Source: Octopus sinensis
Taxonomy: Eukaryota
DNA length: 64,000 bases
Direction of reading: 5' to 3'
Assembly (NCBI RefSeq): GCF_006345805.1
Contig: NC_043021.1
Location: 17,980,001-18,044,000 of the forward strand
In this document: piece after piece, positions 11,916 through 23,682 of the stretch
How positions within the stretch are numbered: position 1 is the first letter of the stretch
Layout of the letters: every line of letters begins with the position of its first letter
Program-made: the position numbers and the translations under genes
The notes under the pieces: model-generated
What the model saw: only the letters and a program-made list of their open reading frames with translations
What the model was told of the DNA's origin: nothing
Databases searched by the model: none

Positions 11916-12321
11916 GGCGTATGAGTGGCTGTGTGGTAAGTAGCTTGCTTACGAACCACATGGTTCCGGGTTCAGTCCCACTACGTGGCACCTTGGGCAA
12001 GTGTCTTCTGCTATAGCCTCGGGCCGACCGAAGCCTTGTGAGTGGATTTGGTAGACGGAAACTGAAAGAAGCCCGTCGTATATATGTATATATATATATG
12101 CGTGTGTGTGTTTGTGTGTCTGTGTTTGTCCCCCCAACATCGCTTGACAACCGATGCTGGTGTGTTTACGTCCCCGTAACTTAGCGGTTCGGCAAAAGAG
12201 ACTGATAGAATAAGTACTAGGCTTACAAGGAATAAATCCTGGGGTCGATTTGCTCGACTAAAGGCGGTGCTCCAGCATGGCCACAGTCACGTGACTGAAA
12301 CAAGTAAAAAGAGTAAAGAGT
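11916..12321 (+). mobile_element. SINE family A, full-length, tRNA head
   Basis: A box TGGCTGTGTGG and B box GGTTCAGTCCC; internal (TA)(TG) tract; (GTAAAAGA)n-like tail; at least 5 near-identical copies in the window. Confidence 0.92.
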
Positions 12322-12754
12322 ATATGCAAGGTAAATACATGACACAGGTGTCAGAAAGCATTCTCTCTAATATTCCCATTTTTTTTTCACAAGAATATGT
12401 CAGAATATCTATTAAAAACATTTAAACCAACTTCGTTTTGCTTTGACTTAGTTGTTGTTCGTTAGTCTCAAAGCTACCTGTCTTTTCTTTTCTTTTTTTT
12501 TTCCCAAGCATTATTTACCCTGAACTACATTATTATAAAATATTGTCTATTTTTTTAAAAATGTACTTTAGAAATTTAGCTGCTATTTGTAGTAGGTCAA
12601 TCAATCATGTAAAGTAGTGGGGGCGAGAGTGAAGGGGCAAGGCTTTTTAGTACCAAGGATGACTTGCAAGTGTATAAGAACTAGTAGGGTTTATCTTTAC
12701 TGAGAAAAGTTACAAATCTTTAATTTCAATAAATTCACAGGTATATAACTTATC

Positions 12755-12968
12755 TTGGTTTCAAATTTTGGTACAAGGCCAGCAATTTTGGGGGACGGGT
12801 AGATCTATTACATTGATCCTGGTATCCAACTGGTATTTATTTTATTGATCATGAAAGGATGAAGGGCAAAGTCGACCTTGATGGAATTTGGAATCAAGAA
12901 ATTGTAAAGATGAACAACATACTGCTAGGTATTTTACTCAGTGTGCTAACGATTCTGCCAGCTCCCTA
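12755..12968 (-). mobile_element. SINE-C (C2 tail)
   Basis: ttttggtacaaggccagcaatttt..aaaggatgaagggcaaagtcgacc..gctaacgattctgccagctc. Confidence 0.75.
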
Positions 12969-13301
12969 CCTTATGGATAACTTATATCAAATACTGTTAT
13001 GGGCCTTATGGTTTTAACTGTGTTTTTTTACATGGGCTTTTAGAGACCTGAAGAAATTTAAAACAGAGAAGAGCATTATTACTATTTCAACTGTTTTATT
13101 TATTTCTGTAAAATTATCTTCTGCTGACATTATTTTTATTCATGATCTCTCTCTTTTTTTTTTTTACCAAACGTTTTGGATCACTTATATTCTCATTGTC
13201 TTATAGTATATAATTGGTTGTTACAGGCAGAAAACTAGTAAAGCCTTACAATTGTAATTTTCTGGACTATTAATCATAACTTTAGAATCTATCTTTAATA
13301 T

Positions 13302-13800
13302 TTATTCAGTCTTTGATGCATTGACATCAAGACCGATATCTTCTGCTGCATTTCCTAAGTCATATAGAAGAGTATAAGCTTCTGAGATGTCTTTGCTGAT
13401 GATGTTGCTCTCTTCACAATCTGCATCTGTTATTGATGTAATCTTAGCAGATGATAAATAGGACAGTGTTTCTGTTAGATGATTGTACTTTAACTCCTGT
13501 GTTCTTGTAGTGCACATTACTATTGCTACAACTTTCTGGAGTTGTGCTGTAAGAAGAATTTGCCTCAGTTGACAAAGTTGAAAGTAAATGTCTGTAAACA
13601 ATAAGGCTGCCTGTAGATTTGAAACCCTGACCTCCTTAGCAATATGTCTCACACAATCAGGAGTGCTCAGTATGCACAATTAAACAAAACCCTCTAAAAT
13701 CTGTATACTCCTTCATATATTTAAGAAGTAGCATCACATCGAAAGAAAAGTATGCAAAATTTATCTCTTGAAACCATTGACTGTTCTTGATGCCCTCAGG
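13302..13800 (-). pseudogene. Decayed reverse-transcriptase fragment of an RTE-clade LINE
   Basis: Minus-strand remnants NGFKR (QNGFR motif), RHIAKEVRVSNLQAALLFTD and ITDAD..LLYDLGNAAEDIGLDVNASKTE. Confidence 0.6.
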
Positions 13801-13849
13801 GTCATTGTTTTTTTTTTTATGGCTTTTGTATCATCTGGAAGTCATTCTT

Positions 13850-14290
13850 ATCAGCTGATCATATGAGAAGCTTCCTCCATGCCACTGTGCAATTCAGAGC
13901 TATTGTATAGTTCCAGTTACCAAATATTTGGAACACAAGGTTCGATGGTTTTTACATCTGCATGTTAGAGGCAATTCTGAATATTTCATAGAAAAAGTAT
14001 TTGATGAAAAGAAACCTACAGGAGCAGTATGACAGTCTTCTTGCAAGCACAGATGTCATTGGAGAAAGACACACGAGATTTTGCTGGACATAATTGGAAA
14101 GATAAGCTAAAACTTACAAGTGATATGGTTTTGTGAACACCTTGACATGGATCTACGCACGGGCCAGTTGCCTAGCAAAAACCTTCATCTACTAGCACTG
14201 TGCAGACAGGATATTTCTCTGCTGATCTCCCAAATGCTATGCAAGATTGTAATGTGTGGTGTGATTGAATTGGGCAAATCTAAGGAAGCT
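13850..14290 (+). pseudogene. Decayed C-terminal part of an RTE-clade LINE ORF
   Basis: Frameshifted remnants RSFLHATV, RFDGFYICMLEAILNIS, ERHTRFAGHNW and DLPNAMQD. Confidence 0.55.
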
Positions 14291-15221
14291 CAAAATAAGG
14301 ATAATTATATGTACATGACATCTCAATAAGTTGAAACTTTGTCGTTAAATGTAGTGTTTCTTGGTTTGTACATTGTTGCCAGATTGAATTCAAATCAGGA
14401 ACCTTTGTTTCTAAACTAATGTCAGTTATTTTAGCAGTGGCTTAGCTTAGAAATAAAGGCCTATGACCATGTTCATATATCTAGAAATAAGTTTCTTCAC
14501 GAACAGCTTGAAACATAAGTGTAGACAATAAATATTGTAAATACGTCACTGTAAAGATGAGTTTAATAGTCTGGAAAATGATAATCTTAGCTCATTTAAA
14601 CATTTAATTACAGTGAAGCATTATTTAAATGATGCATGATGCAGGCTAATGATTAAATTTATTAGCACACAAATCTATAGATTCAGTAGTACTTTTATTT
14701 TAAATTTTTGTTCTGTTATGCCAAAAGTTGGCTTTTGAATTTTTATCTGCAGCTAACTCTTGTCATTGTAAATTAACCAATCCTTTTATTATTTTTATTA
14801 TTCTACACAGTTTAACAGAAGTCACCCCTAATCTTTATCATAGTCTCTTCATTATTTAACTGTGATACCTGTGTATTTAATATGTGCATTTATTTGTCAG
14901 TTTTTTTTATCAATGCACGTGTGTGTGTGTGTGTGTGTGTGTATGGGCATGTGTTGGATAATATGTAGATGCGTGCACTTGTAATCTATCACTTTTATCA
15001 TTCATGCACATATGTATGACCATGTACTTGGGGTGTATGTACATCAGTGTCTCTGTATGTAAATGTGTAACGTATGTGTTTGTATCTGCTGATATGTTTA
15101 TATACATACACAATAATAACATTTTTAAAGCAGACAAAAAAGTGAAGCTGTAAATGGGATCCATAAAAATAAGCATTTTGAATGATGTAAATTTTATTTA
15201 ATGGCCAGAAGTCATTGCGTT

Positions 15222-15502
15222 ATCTCTCTCTCTCTCACACACACACACTTTTTCTTTCTCTCTCTCCTTCCCCCCCCTCTCTCTCTCTCGTTCTGTTTTT
15301 CTTTTTCTCAGCTTCACTCTTTATGTCTTTGTTTCTTATTTATTCTTCCCCCTCTCTCTCTCTCTCTTTTTCTCTCTCTCTCTGTCTTTCAGTTTAAGTG
15401 TATTTTATTTTTTCTTTCTTTTTTCTCTTCCTCTGTCTGTTTCTTTCTGTCACTTCTCTCTCCCTCTCTCTCATCATTCTTTCTTTGTCTGTCTTTCTCT
15501 CT
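15222..15502. repeat. CT-rich low-complexity polypyrimidine tract
   Basis: Direct. Confidence 0.9.
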
Positions 15503-15839
15503 AAATGGAATTGCCAGCAGGAAATTGTTAAATGGAGATATTGAAATTACTGAAGTCATTGAATCTCGTGTAACAATAAAGATAGTTGAAATATCTGCCA
15601 TAAACAGTAGAGACCTTTTCTCATCAATACAGATTTCATATCTTTTTTTCTTTTTTATCTCACTTAAGATCTTATTCAGTCAGCTGAAATGTACTTTGGT
15701 GATCTCATTCTCCTTTCTAGATGTAACTATTGTTAACTTAAGATATTTTCTATAGTAAGTCAGACCATCATTTCACTTCACTTTGTATCTCTTTTCAATG
15801 CCATGACTGTCTTATTGTCATGGATTACTATTGACCTAT

Positions 15840-16020
15840 GAAGGAGTTTCTACATGGTTGCCTAACCTACTAAATATAGTGATTAAATATCCCTGAAATC
15901 ACAGCTTGCTGTTTTGAATAAAGGTTACACGAGATGATATAGTTCTACATACCTCCAAAAAGATGAGGTGGTTGTAGCTAGACTGTCTTTGATTAATGTA
16001 GGTCTGCTCAATCAGGTCTG
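15840..16020 (+). repeat. Repeat family E copy
   Basis: ggagtttctacatggttg..aaatatccctgaaatcaca..tttgatt..aggtctgctcaatcagg. Confidence 0.55.
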
Positions 16021-16161
16021 ATAATTAAAGTCCTCAAAAGTTGCCACAAAATGTTTGGTCTTACAGCTGTGTGCCATTTAGAACTTTAGAGCAGTAATAG
16101 TACTATATGCATAAACAATTTAGATTGTTACTGATGGAGAGCCAGGCCATTCCTATGGATG

Positions 16162-16280
16162 TCATCATCATCATCATCGTTTAACGTCCGTTCTCCATGC
16201 TGGCATGGGTTGGACGGTTCGACCGGGGATCTGGGAAGCCAGAAGGCTGCACCAGGCTCCAGTCTGATCTGGCAGTGTTT
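16162..16280 (-). mobile_element. 5'-truncated young SINE-B (3' ~120 bp)
   Basis: Near-exact reverse complement of about 56500-56613. Confidence 0.9.
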
Positions 16281-16618
16281 CAAGAATTGAAATGAGAATA
16301 TAGAAAATGTGAAGGAGTGAGGTGGGAAGAAGTGCTCTGTTATTTACAGTAAGTTGAATGTTTACCAGACTCAGGGTATTTAATTCCTTACAACTATAAG
16401 TTAAGCCTCAAAAACTCCACTCTGTCTGTCTGTCTCTCGTGCACAGTGCTGTGTTGTCATATGACATATGTAGCAAAAAAGCATTGCTCTCATGTTGGTA
16501 CTGTTATTGTTTGTTGTTGCCAGTTGTGTATTCAAAAGTTGATGGATAGATGGTTGTTGTTTTGGTGTTGGTGATAGTGGTGGTTATGTTGTTCTTGTTA
16601 ATTGTTGTTGGTTAGTCT

Positions 16619-16784
16619 CAAGTGGTATCAAAGAGATCAGAAAGAGCCACTTAGAAGGCCTTCTTGATGATGGGAAGACAATTTAGTTAAGCAATTTAGG
16701 TCAAGATGGAAAAGAATAGCACTTAAGACAGAATTGGAAGCACATTGTGACCAGTGGCGTATAACAGCATCTAATGGTCTGGTC
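16619..16784 (+). mobile_element. 3' end of an RTE LINE, same family as 28155-28759
   Basis: Aligns to about 28576-28741, including the cattgtgaccagtgg..cagcatct..gtctggt tail. Confidence 0.75.
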
Positions 16785-16986
16785 TATATATATATATATA
16801 TATATATATGCCTGGGAAACGTTACAGAGTAGGACACATGGAATTACCCAATTAAAGAATTCACTGAGTGACTAACAACTAATTGTAGATACTGACCGTT
16901 GTGGTTAGCCGACATCTAGAACCCAACAGAGAGCTAACATGATCTCCGCCTAGATGATATAGCCTTCCAAACTCACTTTTATATAT

Positions 16987-17381
16987 AGGAGTGGCTGTGT
17001 GGTAAGTAGCTTGCTTACCAACCACATGGTTCTGGGTTCAGTCCCACTGCGTGACACCTTGGGCAAGTGTCTTCTACTATAGCCTCGGGCCGACCAAAGC
17101 CTTGTGAGTGGATTTGGTAGACGGAAACTGAAAGAAGCCTGTCGTATATATGTATATATATGTGTCTGCGTTTGTGTGTCTGTGTTTGTCCCCCCAACAT
17201 CGCTTGACAACCGATGCTGGTGTGTTTACGTTGCCGTAACTTAGCGGTTCAGCAAAAGAGACCGATAGAATAAGTACTAAGCTTACAAAGAATAAGTCCT
17301 GGTGGTAGATTTCCTCGACTAAAGGTGGTGCTCCAGCATGGCTGCAGTCAAATGACTGAAACAAGTAAAAGAGTAAAAAGA

Positions 17382-17382
<1 letters not shown>
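16987..17382 (+). mobile_element. SINE-A
   Basis: Near-identical to 11916-12321. Confidence 0.92.
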
Positions 17383-17420
<38 letters not shown>

Positions 17421-17437
17421 TATACATATATATATAT

Positions 17438-17781
17438 GTTGTGTGGTAAGAAGTTTGCTTCCCAACTATAAAGTTCCAGGTTCAACCTCACTTTGTGGCA
17501 CCTTGGGAAAGTGTCTTCTGTTTGAGAATCAGGCCTTGTAGTTGTGGATTTGGTAGTTGGAAACTGAAAGAAGCCTATCATATGTATATGTACATATTTG
17601 TGTGACTGTTGCTTGACAAGCAATGTTGGTGTGTTTACGTCTCCATAACTTAGTGGTTCAATGAAAGAGACTGATAGAATAAGTACTAGGCTTACAAAGA
17701 ATAAGTCCTGGGGTCAATTTGTTTGACTAAAGGTGGTACTCCAGCATGGCCACAGTCAAATGACTGAAACAAGTAAAAGAA
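17438..17781 (+). mobile_element. SINE-A, more diverged, tandem to the previous copy
   Basis: Same head and tail with internal deletions. Confidence 0.85.
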
Positions 17782-17872
17782 TATATATATTTATACACAT
17801 GCACACAAGAGAATATACAAAATATACACACAATGTATGTATACACACACACACATATATATATATATGAAT

Positions 17873-18184
17873 GGTGGCACGTAAAAGCACCATCCGTTCG
17901 TGTCCGTTGCCAGCATCGCCTGGCCCCGTGCCGGTGACACGTAAAAGCACCATCCGTTCGTGGCTGTCTGCCAGCTCTGTCTGGCACCTGTGCAGGTGGC
18001 ACGTAAAAAACACCCACTACACTTGCGGAGTGGTTGGCGTTAGGAAGGGCATCCAGCCGTAGAAACACTGCCAGATCTGACTGGGCCTGACGAAGCCTTC
18101 CAGCTTCACAGACCCCAGTTGACCCGTCCAACCCATGCTAGCATGGAAAACGGACGCTAAACGATGATGATGATGATGATGATG
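17873..18184 (+). mobile_element. SINE-B
   Basis: Three ggcacgtaaaagcacc-type units, gttggcgttaggaagggcatcc core, (GAT)n tail. Confidence 0.9.
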
Positions 18185-18345
18185 AATGTTTCATGATTAT
18201 AGATCTTCAAATTGTTAACTATATTTTAATCTTAGCTGAAGCACTGAGAAGTTGCTTCTTGGTTAAGAAGAAAGTGTAGGTTTTAAATTTGTTAAATTTA
18301 TCCAAGTTTCTGTAATGGGAAAATTATAGACTGTATCCTGAAATT

Positions 18346-18423
18346 AGTGTTCGTACTTTACAATTTGTGTAGGCACAAGATCCTGTCACGAGAAGTTTCT
18401 ATAATTTGATGGGGAGGTTTGCC

Positions 18424-18481
<58 letters not shown>

Positions 18482-18500
18482 TGATGATGATGATATAAAT
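18346..18500 (+). repeat. Dispersed direct duplicate of 19662-19801
   Basis: agtgttc(g/a)tactttacaatttgtgtaggcacaagatcctgtcacgagaagtttct...gcctgca-(TA)n-(TGA)n-tataaat present twice. Confidence 0.92.
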
Positions 18501-18664
18501 TTACTTTTTTGAGTTAAATGAAATTATTGCTATGTTAAATTTTCCTTTTATCCTTCCAGGGATGAGTACCAGCTATTAACTGGTGTCACTTTTTTATGAA
18601 ATTGCAGTCCTGTGTGAATGTAACAGGCATAATTTTATTTGGGCTTTGTGCCAATGGCAAAAGC

Positions 18665-18880
18665 TGTTGCTGAGTTCAAAGTCAGCTCTGATCAAGCAAA
18701 TTTATGATTAAATGTTTTCCAGGTGGCCATCCTATTTTTAAAATCCAGGTTTAGTGCATCTAAGATCACATTATCCAATGCAACCTTCCATTTTTATTCT
18801 TAAAGATGGTGTGATATAATATGAAGGAGATCTGGCTGCTGTTTTTAGCAAGTTGAATGACCATTTAGAAGCTTCCTCAC
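18665..18880 (-). repeat. Repeat family E copy
   Basis: gtcagctctgatcaagca..cattatccaatg..ggagatctggctgctgtttttagca. Confidence 0.65.
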
Positions 18881-19429
18881 TAGTTTATGAAGAGTGATAG
18901 TAATTACAGCGGCAGGCGTTGTGGTGAAGTGGTACATTGTCAGTGACACAAAGCTGTAATATGTTTTTTAATTACCAGTTGATTACCGCTTACATCACCC
19001 ACACCCTCCACATAAGTCACTGCTTACTGTTTCCCATTACTTCATACTTATCTAAGAAGAATTCAATATTATCATAGTTAATTTGAGGTTTAATTGTTAG
19101 TTAAGACAGTTGACATTGCTCACTGACAATATATTCATATCCTAACAGGAGAAAACTCTATTTAAAAACTAACAACAATTACTAGAAAGAAAGAAAGAAA
19201 GAAGTCTTTGAAGATATTTCCAGGAGATGTCAGTTTGAGTTTCAATTAGTGCTGGTGTCTTTTACTTATTATGTCTTCTTGTCTATGTAGGCAGACAGTA
19301 AAACGAAAAAGATACCCACATATATTCTTGTAAGAATTGTTGGCAGCTGAAATATCTTCTGGCCTTGAAGAGAAGGGCCAGTCATTGATTGGGATGTGGG
19401 TCCTAGCTATGATAGGTATGTATCAGTGT

Positions 19430-19648
19430 CTGGTAGAAACGTTAGCACGCCGGGCGAAATGCTTAGTGGTATTTCGTCTGTCGTTACGTCCTGAGTTCAA
19501 ATTCTGCCGAGGTCGACTTTGCCTTTCATCCTTTCGGGGTCGATAAATTAAGTACTAGTTACGCACTGGGGTCGATATGATCGACTTAATCCGTTTGTCT
19601 GTCCTTGTTTGTCCTCTCTGTGTTTAGCCCCTTGTGGGTAGCAAAGAA
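19430..19648 (+). mobile_element. SINE-C (C1 tail) with 18-bp TSD
   Basis: TSD ataggtatgtatcagtgt at 19412-19429 and 19649-19666; B box GAGTTCAAATTC. Confidence 0.92.
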
Positions 19649-20204
19649 ATAGGTATGTATCAGTGTTCATACTTTACAATTTGTGTAGGCACAAGATCCT
19701 GTCACGAGAAGTTTCTGTAATGTGATGGGGAGGTTTGCCTGCATATATATATAATATATATATATATATATACATACATATATGATGATGATGATATAAA
19801 TATAAATTATAGGTTTGTGTATGGGCTTGTATGTGCATGTGTATATATGTAAGTGTATGTATACATTTGTGTCAATGAAATGTGTGTATGCATACACTTG
19901 TGAATATATATGTACCTATCACAAAACACCATGTTGTTTGTGGTCAGCTGGCTGATCTCTACCTGGCCAACACCATTGTCGGTCAGCAAGTTCAGAAAAG
20001 TTCCTTTGATTTCCCTCTCACTTCTCACTCTTTCTCTTTTCAGTCTCACTACTCTCTCTCTCTCTCTCTCTCTTTTTCCCTTTCCTTTTCTAATATCAAC
20101 AATCATGCAGTTCCTCATGGATTGTGCACATACTCATCCACACACAGCCAATCACAAATTTATATCATTATCATTTAACATACACACACAAACACACACA
20201 CATA

Positions 20205-20330
20205 GTTGTTAGTAATGGGTCTTCCCTAACACAGCATCTCACAACTCATTGAGGTTCATCATCGTTTCCTTTGTGAGGTTAGGTCCTCTTAAATCAGCCA
20301 CTGTTACTTGTTTGGTACTCCTCCTTCAGT
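20205..20330 (-). mobile_element. RTE LINE 3' remnant, same type as 57175-57710
   Basis: Minus strand VTVADLRGPNLTKETMMNLNEL*DAVLGKT resembles the C-terminus at about 57575-57665. Confidence 0.4.
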
Positions 20331-20388
20331 CTTGAAGTTTAACACCTGAGAGTAAGAGGAGAGTTTCTGGTGGTGACAGCTACAAAAA

Positions 20389-20424
<36 letters not shown>

Positions 20425-20794
20425 TGAGAAAGAGAGAGAGAGAGAGCTCATATGTGAAAAGATTATCATCAGTCTATGGCTAGTTATCTTACTGGAATGT
20501 CTGCCTCATCATTAAAGTACAGTGTCTACAGAAAGGAAATAATTGATTAAATGTCTGCGATGAGTTCATGTTAATAAGATTATAATAGTTTTCCCAGACT
20601 ATTAATCTCATCTCTGCTGTGTATATTTACAATATTTTTATCTACACTGTTTTGTTTTCATTTCCTATTGTCCTCAGGTTTCTTACTTCTGATTATTTAT
20701 TATAGTCCCAGACAAGATTCAAACATGACCCATTATTTTTTTTAAACTGAGGGTAATAACCTCCTTATCCACTAAGGTATTCAAGCATGTTAAT

Positions 20795-20970
20795 ATACCT
20801 GGTCTACATAGCTGTCCAAAATAGCAGCTAAACCTCCCTCAAAGTATGCACTACTGTCTTAAAGTAAATACAGTAAATCTGAAATAAAGACAGGATTGTC
20901 GTTGCAGGAAATTATTTGATTTATAGATCGATTAGTTCTTTAGTGACCTGGGGGTAAACAATTACAACAA
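20795..20970 (+). repeat. Repeat family E copy
   Basis: aaatagcagctaaacctccctcaaa..tgacctgggggtaaacaattacaacaa. Confidence 0.65.
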
Positions 20971-21162
20971 AAGCTGTCAATAACATTTAGCTAAGGTCAC
21001 ATGTTTGGCATAGGATTGAAAAACGGTTTTACATGGACATACATTGTTTGAAACTGGGCCCACATTGGGTTCATGTAGCATGTTAGTTAATGCAGCAACA
21101 TATTTAGAGCTGTACACACTATTTTCATACTCAGTACCCATGCTTTGTTTTAAGAATATACA

Positions 21163-21557
21163 GGCGCAGGAGTGGCTGTGTGGTAAGTAGCTTGCTTACC
21201 AACCACATGGTTCCAGGTTCAGTCCCACTGCATGGCACCTTGGGCAAGTGTCGTCTACTATAGCCTCGGGCCGACCAAAGCCTTGTGAGTGGATTTGGTA
21301 GACGGAAACTGAAAGAAGCCTGTCGTATATATATATATATGCGTGTGTGTGTTTGTGTATCTGTGTTTGTCCCCCTAGCATTGCTTGACAACCGATGCTG
21401 GTGTGTTTATGTCCCCGTTACTTAGCGGTTCGGCAAAAGAGACCGATAGAATAAGTACTGGGCTTACAAAAGAATAAGTCCCGGGGTCGAGTTGCTCGAT
21501 TAAAGGCGGTGCTCCAGCATGGCCGTAGTCAAATGACTGAAATGAGTAAAAGAGTAA
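21163..21557 (+). mobile_element. SINE-A
   Basis: Near-identical to 40673-41065. Confidence 0.92.
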
Positions 21558-21601
21558 GTGTATATCCTGTTGTTAGATGACGTATGCGGGTTCGACAACT
21601 T

Positions 21602-21740
21602 CGTAACTTAGCGGTTCGGCAAGAGAGACCGATAGAATAAGTACTAGGCTTACAAATAATAAGTCCTGGGGTCGATTTGCTCGACTAAAGGCGGTGCTCC
21701 AGCATGGCTGCAGTCAAATGACTGAAACAAGTAAAAGAAA
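21602..21740 (+). mobile_element. 5'-truncated SINE-A (3' ~140 bp)
   Basis: cgtaacttagcggttcggc...gactgaaacaagtaaaag. Confidence 0.88.
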
Positions 21741-21990
21741 AAAAAAGTGTATTCTGAGCTCATCAAATAAATTGGTGTGTGTGTATGTGTGTGTATTAAT
21801 ATACATATATGCACATAAAAGGTTCAAACATGTTTTTTAGTCAACGATTCCTAAGTCTGATCCCACTATTTGATACGATGGATAGAACATAGGGTAGAAA
21901 TATCTCTTTATTCTTGCCAAGGACATTACAACTTCTCTAGTGTTGGTGCTACTTAAGAGTAAATCTGTTAAGTGGCCGGTATTAGGAAAA

Positions 21991-22207
21991 GGTGGCGAGC
22001 TGGCAGAATCGTTAGCACGTCGGGCGAAATGCTTAGCGGTATTTCGTCTGCTGTTACGTTCTGAGTTCAAATTCCGTCGAGGTCGACTTTGCCTTTCATC
22101 CTTTCGGGGTCGATTAAATAAGTACCAGTTACGCACTGGGGTCGATATAATCGACTTAATCCCTGTGTCTGTCCTTGTTTGTCCTCTCTGTGGGTAGTAA
22201 AGAAATT
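21991..22207 (+). mobile_element. SINE-C, full-length
   Basis: ggtggcgagctggcagaatcgttagc head; TSD ggtatta(g/a)gaaaa at 21978-21990 and 22208-22220. Confidence 0.92.
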
Positions 22208-22409
22208 GGTATTAAGAAAAGTATCCAAGTATACCAAAAGTGGAATGCATGAGGAAGATTGGTTGAGGGCTCTTTCAATTTCCATACATTTTTCTTCAGA
22301 TTGTCTTGGATTTCTTGATCAGTTTAGCTCTTTAAAGTCACTAATTATTAGTGTATGTTAGGTGTAGTTCTTCACCAAGAAAAGATTTTTCATTCAAAAC
22401 AGTCTGTCT

Positions 22410-22600
22410 TGCTTTCTGGTAAGTAGGAGGATCTCATAAAACTGGTCCTTCTGTTCATCTGCCACTCCTAAGTGTGGTGTGTATGTAGATGTGATAGTCA
22501 TGTTGTCTAAGGCTTCATTATTCTACTACACTCTCTATCTCAGTTACTTTATCCACTTCTCTGCTAACAATGTGCCTATTCTGCTCACCTCATTGCTGTT
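22410..22600 (-). pseudogene. Decayed APE-endonuclease fragment of an RTE-clade LINE
   Basis: Minus strand IGTLLAEKW..TITSTYTPHLGVADEQKDQFYEILL resembles the GVGILL / YAP / KDxFY motifs. Confidence 0.5.
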
Positions 22601-22619
22601 ACCTGTCCAGAAGAATTTG

Positions 22620-22860
22620 TAAAAAGCATCAGTGCTGGTGTCACATAAAAAGGAAACCAATGCCAGTTCCACATAAAAAGCACCATTTAAAAAGCAACCA
22701 ATGCACTTCGTAATGTAGTTGACATTAGGAAGGGCATCCAGTCTTAGAAACCATGCCACAACAGACAATTGGAACCTGGGCAGCTCTCTGACTGGTTGAC
22801 TTCTGTCAAAACGTCCAACCCATGACAGCACGGAAAACAAACATTAAATGATGATGATGA
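22620..22860 (+). mobile_element. Older SINE-B
   Basis: gttgacattaggaagggcatcc..cgtccaacccatg..atgatgatga. Confidence 0.78.
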
Positions 22861-23682
22861 ATACAATATCTATAATGTGTGTCTGTGTGTGTACATACAT
22901 ATGTATATATATATATAACTTTTGGATAATTGAATTGTAACTTATTAAATTAGGTCTTCTTCTGAAAGGAATATTAAGAAATTTTAACCAGTTCAATTTA
23001 CAGTCAGTGATTTCAGTATTTCTTTTGTCATCAAAATCATTTTAATGAAAATGCTTGAAATATCTTTTTCATAAAAAGCTATTTTTATTTTTGGTCAGAA
23101 AACCAAAAATACCAGGAAAAGAAAATGCAAAAAAAAAAAACTCCCAAAAAACAAAACAAAACATAAGCAAACAAACGAAAGAAGTATTTTAACAACTCCA
23201 ACCACCCTTCCTTGCTCTGTTTTCAATGAGTCATTAGTAAAAAATTGATACAGTTCTGTTTGTTCTGTTTTTTGTTTAATTATTTATTCTTATGAAAAAT
23301 GTTGGTTATTCATCTGAGCTTGATTTAAAATTCTGCCTTGTCTGTGTGCATTTAAAAAACTGTAATGTCTTGTTTATAGTTGTCACTTTATTCTATTTTA
23401 CATGGCAATATTTAGAAAACTATTAAAACATTCAAAATATATATTTATATATAGGGGAAGCTTATATAAGGTAATGTGAACTATTAAACCTTCCTTTTTG
23501 GAACTCTTGCTCTTTGTAACTGGAGGTGCAATTTTCTGACTCATCTTGTCTCTGTTCTTTCACAATACACTCTACTGCACTATTTCCTTCTATCATTTTC
23601 AGCTTGCAAACTAATTCTTAAATTATAATTAGATTATTTGTTTTCAGTAATTTTATGTAAATTTCATCCTTCTTAATACTGT

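Noticed and set aside
11916-11990. tRNA-like sequences with A/B boxes; also about 4945-5010, 21991-22075 and 60185-60258
   Set aside because: SINE heads continuous with repeat bodies; no complete cloverleaf or terminator
17873-18020. Spaced direct repeats GGCACGTAAAAGCACC resembling a CRISPR array
   Set aside because: The spacers are homologous to each other, the repeats lie inside SINE-B, the context is eukaryotic and there are no cas genes
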